Assembly (NCBI GenBank): GCA_008632985.1
Contig: QPGO01000110.1
Coordinates: forward strand, 124,001 to 188,000
Origin: Psammoneis japonica
Lineage: Eukaryota
Length of the DNA stretch: 64,000 bases
Reading direction: 5' to 3'
This document shows positions 1-12,900 of the stretch, piece after piece. Both the position numbers and the translations under genes were made by a program. The notes below the pieces were generated by a model. The model ran no database searches, had not been told where the DNA came from, and saw nothing but the letters and a program-made list of their open reading frames with translations. Numbering within the stretch: the first letter of the stretch is position 1; the number at the start of each line of letters is the position of its first letter.

Positions 1-396
1 CATGAGCAGTTTGCTGTGAGAGGTTTTTGTTTGCTGCTTGACATTTGGCACCACAGGGTGTTTCTGCACACACAGTGGCAAGAAGGCGCTGTCACCACAC
101 TTGGCAAAAAGTGACCCGGCTGAGCCAATGTGTTCAACACTTTCAACTTGAGTTTTTAAAATTTAAGTGTTCAAAGCCTGCCTGAAAATCCAAGGAAAAA
201 CAGCAAGTCAGAAGTGACCACTTTGGCTTCATGGTGCTTTGTTGCCAGGGTGTGTGTGCCCTGCTTGCAACTCACCTTTGAGACCCAGAATTCTTGACAA
301 AGCAACGCAGACCCAAGTCAGTGGTGCACTGACTGCAGATGTTGGCAGTGGCCACCCATTGCACCAAATTCCCACTCCTTGCTGTTGCTGCCTTTG

Positions 397-1250
397 TCAC
401 CCCCCACAGGGACAACTGCCCCTCCACACTTCTGGAGCTTCTTTGCAAAATCTGTGCAATGAGCTTGAGTGTGATCGTTCACTGCCTTGGAGCGCCACCG
501 GCAGCACTGCATCTTTGTCCTCAAGCAGCATGTTTTCTCTCATCAAAGCCAGCTTTCCCATTGAGCAGACTCTTTCTGTGTGACTCTCAGCATTGGTGGC
601 ACCAATCTGAGCTAGAGAGCAGCTTGCCATGAGAGGCAAGAACATCCAAGCTGCTTGCGCTTCTTCTCTGATGACTCCAGCTTCTTGCACAAGACACACA
701 CGTCCAGCTTCAGCAAGTCTCCAATGTCTGAGATTAGATTTCTCCAATGGCACCTTCTCACTTGGACACTCTTCATGCCACATGACCTTCAACTGAAGCC
801 AGCTTTTGTGACAACTTTCTTGAGCTCTCACAGAGCACACAGCCTTTTCTCTTTGTTGCACTGACCACAGGAGTTTTCTCTGCTGACTGGGCACAGCTGC
901 TGTGGTCATGTGAAGAGTTGGTGTCAGAGCCACCAAAGATGTCATGCTCTCATGTTGAGACCACCAGCACTTGCACAAGGTGCCAAAACAATGTCCTTGT
1001 TGGCTGCTGATCAGCTGCAGCCAGTCTCAAGCTCGTGCCTTTCTGCAGCCCAGCTGCTGTGTCAGCCTCTTCTTTCTTTCACTTCTCCTCTGCTTCTTTC
1101 TTTTTTCTCTCTTCCGCACATTGGTGTGAAAAGTGGTGGCATGCCAATGGTCTTCCGGCAGAGGCTGGGGCATGTTGGCAACTGCTTGCAGGCCCAGAAC
1201 ACAAGACATGATGGCATGGCCACCGCCACAACTGGCCATCAAACTTGATT
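397..1250 (-). mobile_element. Degenerate hAT-like transposase relic (C-terminal dimerisation region)
   Basis: ORF 397..978(-) contains FLPLMASCSLAQIGATNAESHTERVCSMGKL, resembling the hAT C-terminal motif LP.MA...IG.L.AES..ER..S. The region is TpA- and CpG-depleted. Upstream boundary is approximate. Confidence 0.55.
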
Positions 1251-1583
1251 CTTCTCCCTTGTTTTGACTCAAAAACTTCTTTTGAAATTGTCATGTTCAT
1301 CAAGCTTTGAAAGACTGCCATCCATTGGATCTTGTGGTGTGCATCACTTCACTGTAAAAGACGGCAAAAGACCGCCATGGAGCAGAAATTCGCCTTCCTC
1401 GCGAGGCACGTGCGCATGCATGATCTTGCACAGGCTCAGATATTGTGGATGGTGTGTGTGTCATCATGCCAGTGAAAATGTCTCAGTAACCTTTGACGAT
1501 TTAAGCCCCGATGTCTTTTACATTGTACGGCATGCGTTGCGATTTGTCCCCATTTTTGTTTTCAGACACGACAAGACGATGAA

Positions 1584-4519
1584 ATGTGTTGTCGAATTTC
1601 TTCTCTACTGGCTCTTGTACTTATCATTTTGATTGAGCATGCTCGATCTATTGTCCTTCATAGTTTTACAGGCATCATTAGGGACAGGAAGGATGACGCT
1701 GAAGAGTACAGAACAAACGCGGGCACAAGTTCAAAGGGTCAGGTGGAACTCGAGAGCAAACACTTGGAGTTGTGTCGAAAGGCAAGCCATGGTCAACTAC
1801 AAGACCCTCGGTATCTATATATTGGTTTGCGGTTCACAGCAGTCGCCATACCGCGAAATGCGAAGATAACTGCCGCGAAAATCATGTTCTACGTCGACAG
1901 AGAAGCCAACCTAGAGAGTGCAAATGAGTTTGGTCACAATAGAAATGTGAGCATTACGATTACAGGAGAATACGTGGGGGACGCACCACCCTTCAGCGCG
2001 AATAAGCATGACATATCCCATAGGCTAATCCCCGGGACTCCAAATAACGCAACTTGGATTGAAACACAGGATTGGAAGGGTCAAGCAATAAAGTTCACCT
2101 CGGCATGAGCCCCGTGATTCAAGATATAATCAATCGAAAGGATTGGATCCCTGGAAACGCTCTCGCTTTGATACTTTCAGGAACAATTCATGACTCAGGA
2201 ACACGTATAGCGTATGCCAGTGACTACAGTGCAACATTTGGCCCAAAGCTTCTACTGACTTATTTCATTCCAAACCCCAATGAAGATCCACTCACTTGCG
2301 TTGACGCAAATGAACCGAGGCGCGTCGTCTACAACTGTTCGTGGTATGCTGAGGGAGACCGATGCGAACGTCTTGGGGAGCAGAATGCGTATATGGGGTT
2401 GCCAACGCCGAACGATGTTTGTTGTAAGTGTCACGACGTCTCGAATGTGTATTCTAAATCGCGATTCGAGAAAAAGATAAAGCTCCGTTTTGTCTAATCG
2501 TTTTTGCTTTCCACTTGGAACAAGGCGCGTGTGGGGGAGGAAGGACTTTTTCAAATGAGTTTACAAATCCGACGTTTCAACCTAGCCCTTCTCCCTCATT
2601 AGAGCCTACCCAAACCCCCACCAAACCTCCCACGCCAAAACCAACCCGAGGCTCCACCCAATCACCAACAAGCTCTCCAACGTCCTCTTCAACAAGGACT
2701 CCAACGATGTGGCCAACCTCTGAAACAACATCCTCTCCTTCATCAGCTCCTACTACAGCTCTTACTACCGTACCGATGCCCAGGCTGACAAAATACCCGA
2801 CAACGCTTCCCACGACGAGGCCTGCCACGGAACTTCCGACATCTTTCCTGCCAACTGTCAACTCCGCACTTGATTCGACAGCAAATCCTACCAGTCCATC
2901 GTCACTGTGTTCGAAGTGTAAGCGCAATGGATGTTTTGAAAAAGTGACGGAAGCGAATCAGCAAAAGTGCACCAAGTTTTCTTGCGCGACGAGGGTAACG
3001 TGTCCGCAGCATCAGCCAGTCGATACAGGTACTACGCCCGCAACCACAGGTGCAGCTATTCCTCCGCCACCAACAGTGGACGAACTAAGTCCAATCCCAC
3101 GAGACGTTGGTGGAGTTTGCTTGTCCAATGAAGACTGCAAGTCATCTACCTGCCGTAGTGGCGTTTGCATGGCATCATCTGTTTGCTATCCAATAAAACA
3201 CAAGTTTGGCACTCCCTTTCACAAAGACAGAATCAACATTGTTTTTGTTCCCTCTGCTTTCGACTCCATTGGTCACAAAGCTTGCATGAGCAGGTGAACA
3301 AGACATACAGTGTAATGCAAAACTACAGTATGTTTGCAGACGACATTGATGTGCTCAATGTCTTCATGGTGGATCCGTTCGAGTTAGGCTCATCGTTTTG
3401 CGATTCAAATTGCCAAGGAATTGATCGATTGTTATGGTAAGACTTTACATTTCAGACACACCAAGTCCCAACGGCAAAAATCATGATCACTTCAATCTCA
3501 TTCACCTTGTTTTCAAATATGTCTGTAGCTGCGACAACCATCGTACCCACACATTGGCCAGCAAGTGCTTCCCTGTCTCTTCCAATCTTCAAACTGTTGT
3601 TATTCACAACTCGGAACAGTATGCGGGTGCTGGTTACACCAACGCCAACATTGCTGCTGTGACTACAAATCCTGAAGCCCCTTTAATTGCGGTGCATGAG
3701 CTTGGTCACTCGCTATTTGAATTGGCGGATGAATACCCTTATGGACGTGGTCACGACTCGGCTGCAAATTGTGCTAGCAAATCGTGTGACAAATGGTCCG
3801 ACCTTATGGGAAGAGAAAACCAGCCCGAAGGATACGATAGAGTCAAATGCTCCCCGGGTTGCGGAAACATGGGCTACTTTGTCGCGGGCAAGTCTTTCAT
3901 GTACGATTTAAGCTATCCCGTCGGAGCGGTCAATGAGCGATTTAGTTGCTGCACATATCTCGCCTTGACGAAAACGCTTCCGAGTTACTGCAAGATTTTT
4001 GATCCTTCCCCGGATTATCTGCTCAACTATTGCAAGAACAACGACTACCAGAATTATGGAAAAGCAAGCTACGAGCGTGAAGAGATCCTTGCTATTTCGG
4101 GTCTTTCTAACAATGACAAATCCAACTCAAAATTCGTACACGTTGCAGATCCGGTGCAGGTGACAATTGTCTCCAAGAAAAAACGATCTGGTTCTCTAGT
4201 ATTCCGATCTAAAAGCTCTCCTTTCAATCAGCCAGGAATGTTTCTTCGATCGCAGGTAGTTGGCGACTTTGCTAGTCCAAAGGCCGCTGCAAGAAAAGGA
4301 GTGCATTCCTTGTTGAAGGTTATGGTTTTTTACCGGACTGGTAAAGAGACACTCTTTGTTTCAAGAGAAGCAACCATTGAAGTACCCCCGCCTCCTCCCA
4401 GTAGCGCCCGGTCAGAAGTTATCCCTCTGAGTGATGTTTCAGATGAACCCAATATTTTCAAGCTGGTTTTGGATACCAAAGGACGTGCTCTAAGGAGGAT
4501 TCGTGTTAAGGCAATCTGA
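1584..4519 (+). CDS. Secreted multidomain protein: signal peptide, bacterial-type beta domain, Pro/Thr-rich stalk, Cys-rich module, M64-like zinc metallopeptidase
   Basis: Hydrophobic N-terminus (ISSLLALVLIILI); DDAEE...YIGLRF domain; PT-rich linker 2580-2900; VHELGHSLFELADEY (HExxH...LADEY, typical of M64). GT-AG introns about 2424-2524 and 3437-3528. Apparent frameshifts near 2100 and 3270. Confidence 0.75.
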
Positions 4520-4642
4520 ATGACTGTCGATCGCTATAGCAAACTACAAAAGATATTGCGAGTGACCAATGCATGTTTCCAATGCCATTGTTGAGGAGAT
4601 AAATCCTTGTAACTAAATACTTTAATACCCTCTCTACTCTAG

Positions 4643-4664
4643 CTACTCTCTAGCTAGAGAGTAG
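4643..4664. promoter_or_regulatory. Perfect 22-bp palindrome CTACTCTCTAGCTAGAGAGTAG (recurrent intergenic motif)
   Basis: Read directly. Related motifs at about 9581-9648, 19521-19539, 21558-21577 and 25107-25134. Function is inferred only. Confidence 0.5.
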
Positions 4665-4799
4665 AGAGAGCAATAAAGGTTGGAGCTGGAAGCGCGCGGC
4701 GTGCGGCAGAAATATAGCCGATTGTGGAAAGGCTTTCGACGAAAAAGAGCCACATTTTATGTACAGCATGGATCAAAAACGCTGCAGCACTCGTACACA

Positions 4800-7550
4800 G
4801 TTGGTCTTTTCACCATTCTCACCTTTTCTTCATAACTTTTTGGCAGATGAACATCAACAGTGTGTCATCTTCCTTGCATCTCCTGTCCCACTTGACCATC
4901 ATGGATTGTTCTGCAGACCCATCCTGCAGTCTCTCTCCTGCAAAATGCCATGATGACCCCATTCTCTAATGATCATGCACATGTTGTGTGTCACAACACG
5001 ATGAAGTTTTTGCACCAGCACCACACTGAAATGTCAACCCAGTGAAAAATCCTCACAACCTTCTGCGGCAACATCTTCTCCAAATTGTTGCCCACACAAA
5101 ACACCTGGGCCACCCCCCTTCAGAGATGTTCTTTGCTGTTCTGCTCCCCTTTTCTTTTTTTTTCTTGCTGTGCTCTTAGAACCAGATTCTTCTTTTTGAA
5201 CCCAGCCAACTGCACATGAGCTTTTCTGCCAAACAAATGAGAAGTTAGAGAGCCTGTGCAGAATTGTGAGCAGCAGCAGTCGACACACAGCATCACTCTG
5301 AAACAGACCTGTGTGGTGACTCAAAAACAACCACACAGACCAGCTTGGTTGAAGCAGATTTGATGATGTCCTTTTTGCATTTTGATTGCTTTCAGAGCAG
5401 GGGTCAAAAACTTTCTGCTTGAAAGCAGTCACACTGAAATCACCCATGAGCCTGCTGTGCTTGCGCTGAAAAAAAAAGTGAAATGGAGCCTGCAGCAGAT
5501 GGAACAGAGTGATGTGGCCCTGGCAGCATCATTTTTGTTGCTTTGAGGTCATGGCGCCATTGGGGGCATGCACTTTTCTGCAATGTTGTGGAGTGCAATG
5601 TGATGGCTGGCAGCACAATGATCTGCAGACATGAGCAATGGACAAAAAACCTTGATGCACAAATCTTGATTGTTGTTGTCACAACTCCAATGGACAATGA
5701 TGGCACTTTAGAAAAGTGGGAAAATTGTCTGTGCATGGCTCACCTGGTGCAGGACCCAGTTGGCTTGAAGCCCTGCAACTGACATGCTCTCTCCAGCTCT
5801 GCCTGGGTGAATGCACTTTTTGGACATTTGCCCTTTGGAGCTCTACATTGATGTGTGTGAGCTCTGCAGCACTTTTGCAGCCCTGTTGCACCTTTTCACA
5901 TGCAAAGTTTTGAAAAATCTGTGCACATCATGGTGGCTCCATGGCACAAACATCAGAGAATGCATCAGCTGCACAAAAAAGAGGCGAGGAATGGAGAGCA
6001 GACTGGCTTGAAACAAGTTCAAAGCCATGCAGGGACACTTGCAACCATTTTGCTGAGATGTCCAAAAATGTAAGATGTTGCAGCTCTGTGCTGCAGAAGT
6101 TGATGCTCCCACCCAGAGCTTGTCACCTGCATGATCCACAACATGGTTGCTGATGCACAGCTGGGGGGTCAAATCAATGCCCAAATGTGAGCAATCAAAG
6201 TGCAGCCACACAAATTGTGCCCAGCCAGCCAAACACTGTGGAAGCCAGAGTGGAACTCTCTGTCAAAAGAGCCACTGAGCTGCTGCTTGGCAGTGAAGGC
6301 CAAGCAAAGCAGCAGCTTGCCATGTCAACCACAGCATGTTGAGCTGTGCTTTGAAAGCACTGGACAATCTCACAATTTGGAAATGAGGCCAAATGCTCCA
6401 CTTTTTGTTGCAACTCTTCTTGCAAGGCATGGCACACCAGAGCTCTGCTCAAGCACACCTTTTTTCCCTTGCTCCAGGAGGTTGCCTCATTTCCTGCAGG
6501 TGCTGTTCTTTTCTGTTCAAAATGCAAGGTCAGCACCTTTGCTCTATCACCCATGTTCCTGGCTCTTTTAAATGATGGGCAAAACCACACTGAGACTTGC
6601 TGTTTTTCCATTCCTTGTCTCTGTGCTGTTGTCTTCCAACAAAGTGCAGTTTGTGGGTTGTGCAATGTCTGTGCTGCATGGCTTTTGTTTCAAACCAAGT
6701 GGAGATTTCAGGAGCCCAACAAGAGGCATGGGAGAGATGAGGGCAGCAGGAGGCATCAAAGCAGCCAAGTGGAAGGGGAAAAGAGGGTGGCAGAGTCATG
6801 TGAGAGAGAAAGAGCAGGCAGCAATGGGTGGCTCAACCAAAGTGACCTTGGGGGCTCCAAAAGAGTTTTCAAAGCAATTGCAAACATCATGCAGGAGAAA
6901 GTTGTCAAAGGAAAAAAGGGAGATGGGAGCTTGAAAGATGAGCGATGCGAAGGATCCGCTGCTGCGCTGGCTTTTAACCCAGCTGGTGATGGTGTGGCCA
7001 CAACAAAGAAGGAAAGCAAATGGGTGGCTGCAGAGCTTGACAGGGATTGTCAACAAAGGCCAAAGATTGTTCGAGGGTTCAGGGGTGGTGGCCATGGGGG
7101 CAGCTGCGCCGAAGAGCACGAAAGGAGGGTTGTGGAAGGAAGGGCAACGTCAAATGAGTGGGAGTGGGAGGCAGGGCAGCAATTGCATCAAAATGATCAT
7201 GGTGCAAAGGGTGCAGAAAAGGGTTGGGGGAAGGAGGAGCGAACGAAGAAGGATGGCTGGGAACTGTGCACAAAAGCAGGGCGACGATGGCAGCAGAGAA
7301 AAAAGGCCCCGCGCGAAGAAAGATTGGCCATGTGGGAGGATCAGGAGGGTCAGGGGAGGTCACTTTGGAAGGTGTGGCATGGTGCTGTTGTGCCAGAAAG
7401 GGGATGCCATCACTGCAGTCATCGTCAACAGTCCCTCAAAGTTCATGGCGATTTTCGATTCCGTGCCACGTGATCAGGGGCAAAATCAGCCAGCCAACAT
7501 TGCACTTTGCGACCAGATTGTCACAGAGTGACTGACATCTGTCTGGGTGT
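4800..7550. repeat. TpA/CpG-depleted degenerate repeat domain, family not identified
   Basis: By eye only 3 TpA in 4861-5400. Many overlapping Cys/His-rich ORFs with no recognisable domain. Confidence 0.6.
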
Positions 7551-8355
7551 GGTGTAGAATGCCTCATTCACGAATGTTCGACAAAGGCTCCTATGGGGTC
7601 ACTCCTATGACCTTTTCATACCCAAGATTTGTCAGTTACACGAAGGAAATTCATGTTTTATACTACACCTTTATGACCTTTTTGAAAATCCGTTCTGTCT
7701 TGGGGTCACAGAAATGCAAACGATTTGCAGGTCATTCGCCCAAGGCATTTGAGATGAACACAATGGACTTCTTCTCGAAATTTGTGTGGGTCTTTTCCCT
7801 CGTAGGCTACTCGTACCTTTCGATGTCCGTCATCACATTTGCGTGACCCTCCAAAAGTTCACGACACGTAGAAACCTACTTGGATTGTACTGAACTATGC
7901 AAGTCATTAGGGTAGTAAATGTAAGTTTGTGACCTCCCCAAAGAAAAGAATTAGACAAAATGGAATGTCCCATCCTAATAAATCACTCCCATAGTCATTC
8001 ATTTCGGTCTCATGAGATGTCCCTTCAATAAATATTTGGGTCTGTCCAAATGACTTGGGCCTGGCCAACTGCTTCCACGTCTGCGTAGAATTCTACGATA
8101 GTTTATACGACACCACAACACTTTGGTCTTTTCAAAACATTTATTGGTCATTCAAACGAAGTTGTTTTGTGAAGTCCTTCGCTTTTTCATGATCTGGGCC
8201 TATTTGTGTTCATTGTCAGCTTGTGACCATCCTAACAAAAACACTCTTTCCAACACTCACAAGATCTACCCAAAGAAAACTTTGTCGATTAGTGACTGCC
8301 TCTTTCGCTTTTTTTTGTTCAGGACACACAAAAAGTTCCAACCGAACAATTACAC

Positions 8356-9090
8356 ATGGTTAATCTGGTCTCACGAAACAACATTATGTTGCAATCCTCC
8401 TCCTCGAACGACAGCGGTGTCGACGCCGCATCGTGGCAATGTACGGCATGTACCTTTTTGAATCACAACCCAATGATGTTGGCTTGCGAGATGTGCGCCT
8501 CAACAAGACCCGAGTCCAAGAACGTCCACATTTCTGCCGAAGTGGATACTCGCGATGCCAAAGTTCGCCGATCAACAAGAAGTTCGCACAAGAGGTCTCA
8601 CCGCTCATCACCAGTCCCGAAAGAGAAACGTACAGATTCGAGTCGCAACACGGCCGCTGACTCTCAGCTAGAACTGTTGGAACGCTTGGTGGCTGATGGG
8701 AAAATCTCACCGATTCCTGCTCAGGCATGGAAAGACCAATTGCCCATGTTTGAAGAATGGAAGAAGGAACAGCTGCGGTCAATCAAGAAGAAGGACAAAT
8801 CCGAAAAGAAAAAGAAGAGCAAAAAGAGCAGGAAGCAAGAAAAGCGAGCAAAGCTAGAAACTGAAGTCGAGTCTTCGTCATCAAGCGACGACGATTCGGC
8901 CTTGTTGGATCGGCTAGTTGCTTCCGGTAAGATTGAAGCTCCAGCAGCTGAAGCATGGAGGAAGAAGCAACCAACTATCAAGACGTTGACGTCTGAAGAA
9001 AACGAGGTACGAAGGATGCAACTGGAAGAAATGTGTCGCTTCCAACAAGAGATATTGGAATCCATCTCGGCATCACAACATTCCAGATGA
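8356..9090 (+). CDS. RanBP2-type zinc finger protein with Lys-rich region
   Basis: WQCTACTFLNHNPMMLACEMCAS fits W-x-C-x2-C-x3-N...C-x2-C. Intact 244-aa ORF; start could be 8386. Confidence 0.8.
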   Translation: MVNLVSRNNIMLQSSSSNDSGVDAASWQCTACTFLNHNPMMLACEMCASTRPESKNVHISAEVDTRDAKVRRSTRSSHKRSHRSSPVPKEKRTDSSRNTAADSQLELLERLVADGKISPIPAQAWKDQLPMFEEWKKEQLRSIKKKDKSEKKKKSKKSRKQEKRAKLETEVESSSSSDDDSALLDRLVASGKIEAPAAEAWRKKQPTIKTLTSEENEVRRMQLEEMCRFQQEILESISASQHSR

Positions 9091-9973
9091 ATGAAGGACT
9101 GCCTGCTTCTCAATAGAATCATCCGCTAGAAAAGGACGCGTTGGCCTTTGACCTTAATAACTTAGACTCTACATGATTTTTATCGACTTTTGCCAATATT
9201 AGTATCCTTTTGTGTGCTCTGGTAGCTACAAAGTATACGCGGACCCTAATTGGACCGCATCAATTTCGTAACGTGAGAACGATGTTGTCTATCTCTAGGG
9301 AGACGTCGCAGCTCGTTTGACAACATTAGAGGCCATTACAATTTCACTGTAGGAGTTTATCGTTCTCTAAGAGTACTTTGTAAATTGCCAGTTTCTACCA
9401 AACGTCCACACAAAAGCATGTCGACTGCTATTCCTTAGTATAGAGTGTCTAGCGTTGGATTCTTTTGACCTTGCTCTCCTTTGAGAGAGCGTTTCACTGC
9501 AAGCACTTGCACACTTGATTTGATCGTTATGGCCTACCGTACTCTAGGGGCAGGTATGAATACAAGACGACCTTCTGAAGCTACTCTATAAGATTGCTAC
9601 TCTACTACCGGTACTACAATGCTACTCTCTGCCATAGAGTAGAGAGAGTGTGGCCCGTCTCAAGACCCGACGACTCATACTCTCGACTCCTCCCATCACG
9701 CGCAGTCCCGCGGAATCAATCGGAGTCTTGCGCCGCTTTCTTCAACGCGGGTCGTACGATAATTACGTGAAATTCTACGTGAACGGTTACTGTGGCGCCA
9801 AACAGCTCTCAACCACAGAGTACCGGTATTCCTCATTCCTCCCAAATTCAACAAAACAGCCATGCAGCATGCTGAAGCTTGAAAAGCTTTCTTGAAGCAC
9901 TTGTTATTTGATTGCTATCAATTTCTATTTGCCCCCTCTCGCTATTTGCAGTTATTACGCTTAATCCCACAAT

Positions 9974-12900
9974 ATGTACAACAGTGATACTGGCAGAGGC
10001 GGCGGTGGGCGTGAAAAGAAAAAATTCTTTGCAAACAACGTGTATAAACCAGGAGGTCGAAACAACAGCACCACTCAGAACAGTCATAATCAGCAGCGTG
10101 CAACCCAGATACGTCAGCAGCCGATTCCTCTGCCAAATACACGTCCCGCACCAGCGCAAAATGAGCGTCGGATCGGCCCCAACACCATGCTGTATCTAAA
10201 GGACTCGCCGTCTCAGATATCAGATCTGACGCTATTTACTTTCGCAGAAGCTGATCCACCTTATCAACCGCCCGAAAACAATTTCACTGAAGAAGCCCGC
10301 ACAACAGCCCAAGAAAGAGAAGAAACAGGCATTCATATACCGGGTGGAGCCTCCAAGTCGTTTAGCCATGCCCAGGAAGCTTTAGATACAGACATTGTCT
10401 TTTCAACAGGCAACAACAACATGAATTCGGATCCTCCTGAATCGGAACAACAGCCGCCAGGTCGATGGTCTAACACCTTATTTCGACCTGGTCAAGAGGG
10501 ACCTAGTCAAAAGGGGACCGATAGACGCTCTAACTTCAAATTGGAAACTCCTCCACCACCTCCTGAAACAGAACCACCTGCCGCCGCTCCGTCGCGTCCC
10601 ACAACAAGACACAACATTCGTCTAGATAATTCGTCGCACTTGGAGCTACCTCGACAAACGGCGACTGATAGGCGTCCTAATTTCAAGTTGGAAACTCCTC
10701 CACCACCTCCCGAAGCAGAACCACCAGGTGCCGCTCCGCCACGTCCCACAGCAAGATACAACATTCGTCCAGACAGTTCGTCCCACTTGGAGCTACCTCG
10801 ACAGACGGCAACCGATAGGCGTTCTAATTTCAGGTTGGAAACTCCTCCACCCCCTCCAGAAGCAGAACGATCTGCAGGCGCTACGCCACATCCCAAAGTA
10901 AGACACGGCATTCGATCAGACAGTTCGTCGCACTTGGAGCTACCTCGACAAACGGCGACCGATAGGCGTTCTAATTTCAAGTTGGAAACTCCTCCACCAC
11001 CTCCAGAAGCAGAACCACCAGCTGCTGCTCCGCCACGTCCCAAACCAAGACACGACATTCAATCAGACAGTTCGTCGCACTTGGAGCTACCTCGACATAC
11101 GGCGACCGATAGGCGTTCTAATTTCAAGTTGGAAACACCTCCACCACCTCCAGAAGCAGAACCACCGGCTGCTGCTCCGCCACGTCCCAAACCAAGACAC
11201 GACATTCAATCAGACAGTTCGTCGCAGTTGGAATACGCTTTCGAAAGAAGCTTTCGTTCTGTGGACGAACCTGTGTCTGCAATTCGACCGAGATATAGGC
11301 CTTCAAGGCAAGGTTCGTTTGGACGTGCTGAAAATCCTCCGCCTCCTCCTCCTTCCGGGAGAAAGCATACATCTGGCCGGGGACAGAGTCCTCCTCCGCA
11401 GCAGCAACGCAAAAAAGAGCTTAGCCCAACACGAAACAGAGTCGTAGACCAAAGTATTCCAAGTAGGCATGGAGAACCTGATGACGGCTCAGCACGTGGC
11501 CCCGATGATTTCCAGGGACGCACCGCACACGCTACCGATGCGCAAATATCTCCCGGAGGAAGACAGGGCTCAGGTAGCAGGTCCCCTTTTGGACCACACT
11601 TGTTTGCACCGGGCTCGCAACGGGGTCGCGCTGTGACCAAGGTGGATGGATTAATCACGTCTGTCGTGCGAGTGCGCGAACCAGGCGATGACACAAGCGA
11701 ATACACGCCATCTCATCATCGTCGGGTTGCTTCCGATCCTGATGCTCTGAATGTAGAACCAGGTGAATATGAGAATCAGAACTATCGTTCAGAACCGCAG
11801 CTGAGATTCAATCAATACCACGAGGAAATCGAAGTTTCTCTTGAACCAATGCCACGTGTACCCGAATCGCAGACAGATGAGACCAGCAGCGGCAGCGCAA
11901 AGTTCTATGGTGGAAAGCCAGCAGCTAGATCATTGATTAGTGATGAATCGCGTGGAAAAATTGAACAACCTCAGGAAGAAGGTGAAACGGAAGAACTAGA
12001 AGAAAAGCAAAGGCCGTCTCTTCTGTCTATACCGAGACCACCCGGGGAAGTCGCATCAGACGAGTCATCTACAGAAGCGCAAGGTTTACGTGTGGAGCCG
12101 TCCCCTCTCAAAGCTGGGATCAGCTCTTCCACAGGTGATTCTAGCTTGAATTATTCCACCGTTGGATCAGGTGATGAATTGCGCATTGTTTCGTTGCCAG
12201 CGCGCCCCACTTCCAACAGAAGTCTGCTATCCTCTCCGAGGGGAATGCGTAGATCGAGCTTTCAATCCAGCATGGACATTACGATGGACCAGTCTCGAGC
12301 TGACTGGCCCTGCAGTGAATGCGCATATGTAAATGGCGGCAGCGCCGACAAATGCGCTCTTTGCGGTGCTGATGTTCCAGATGATGTCGACGCTTTTAAT
12401 AGTTCTTCGTCATTTCGTCAATGGCGAAGCGGCGACAGTGTGTCGCGATCACCCGAAGACGCGACGGATGACGGGCCATGGTCGTGTCAAACGTGCACAT
12501 TTGTCAATCAAAATGCGCTTCATTTGTCTTGTGAAATGTGCGGAGAACCGCGTACCACGTCGTACGAAAATTCGCTTCGATTGGACGATGAAGCAGGGGC
12601 GGCCAGTGGGGAAGGCACACAATTGACTCTGGAATTGCGAGAAAAAGCCAAAGAGAAGGAACGCATTCTAGATCTCTTGGCGGAGCAGGGGAAGATTCTT
12701 ACGGAGTTGCAGGAAATGGAGGCATTCAAAACAAGCGACAATTCCAACGCGGTGGATCAATTCCAGAAAGAAGTGGCTGAACGGGGACAACAGTTGGATA
12801 AGATCCGAGAGGAATTGACACAGGCTTTAGAGAAAGAACAGGAGGAACAGAAGATGGCAGAAGCTGAACAACAAAGAAAAAGGAGTGAATTGCTGGACAA

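Noticed and set aside
4800..7550. Classical RIP or CpG deamination alone as the explanation for the composition
   Set aside because: RIP would raise TpA. CpG decay explains CG loss but cannot convert TAC/TAT to TGC/CAT.
7547..8120. Possible second MITE (TGTGGTGT...ACACCACA ends, contains CGTAGAATTCTACG)
   Set aside because: The inverted match is only about 8 bp and no TSD was found.
10517..11232. Repeat period equals the nucleosome core length (147 bp)
   Set aside because: It is a 49-codon protein repeat; the match is probably coincidental.
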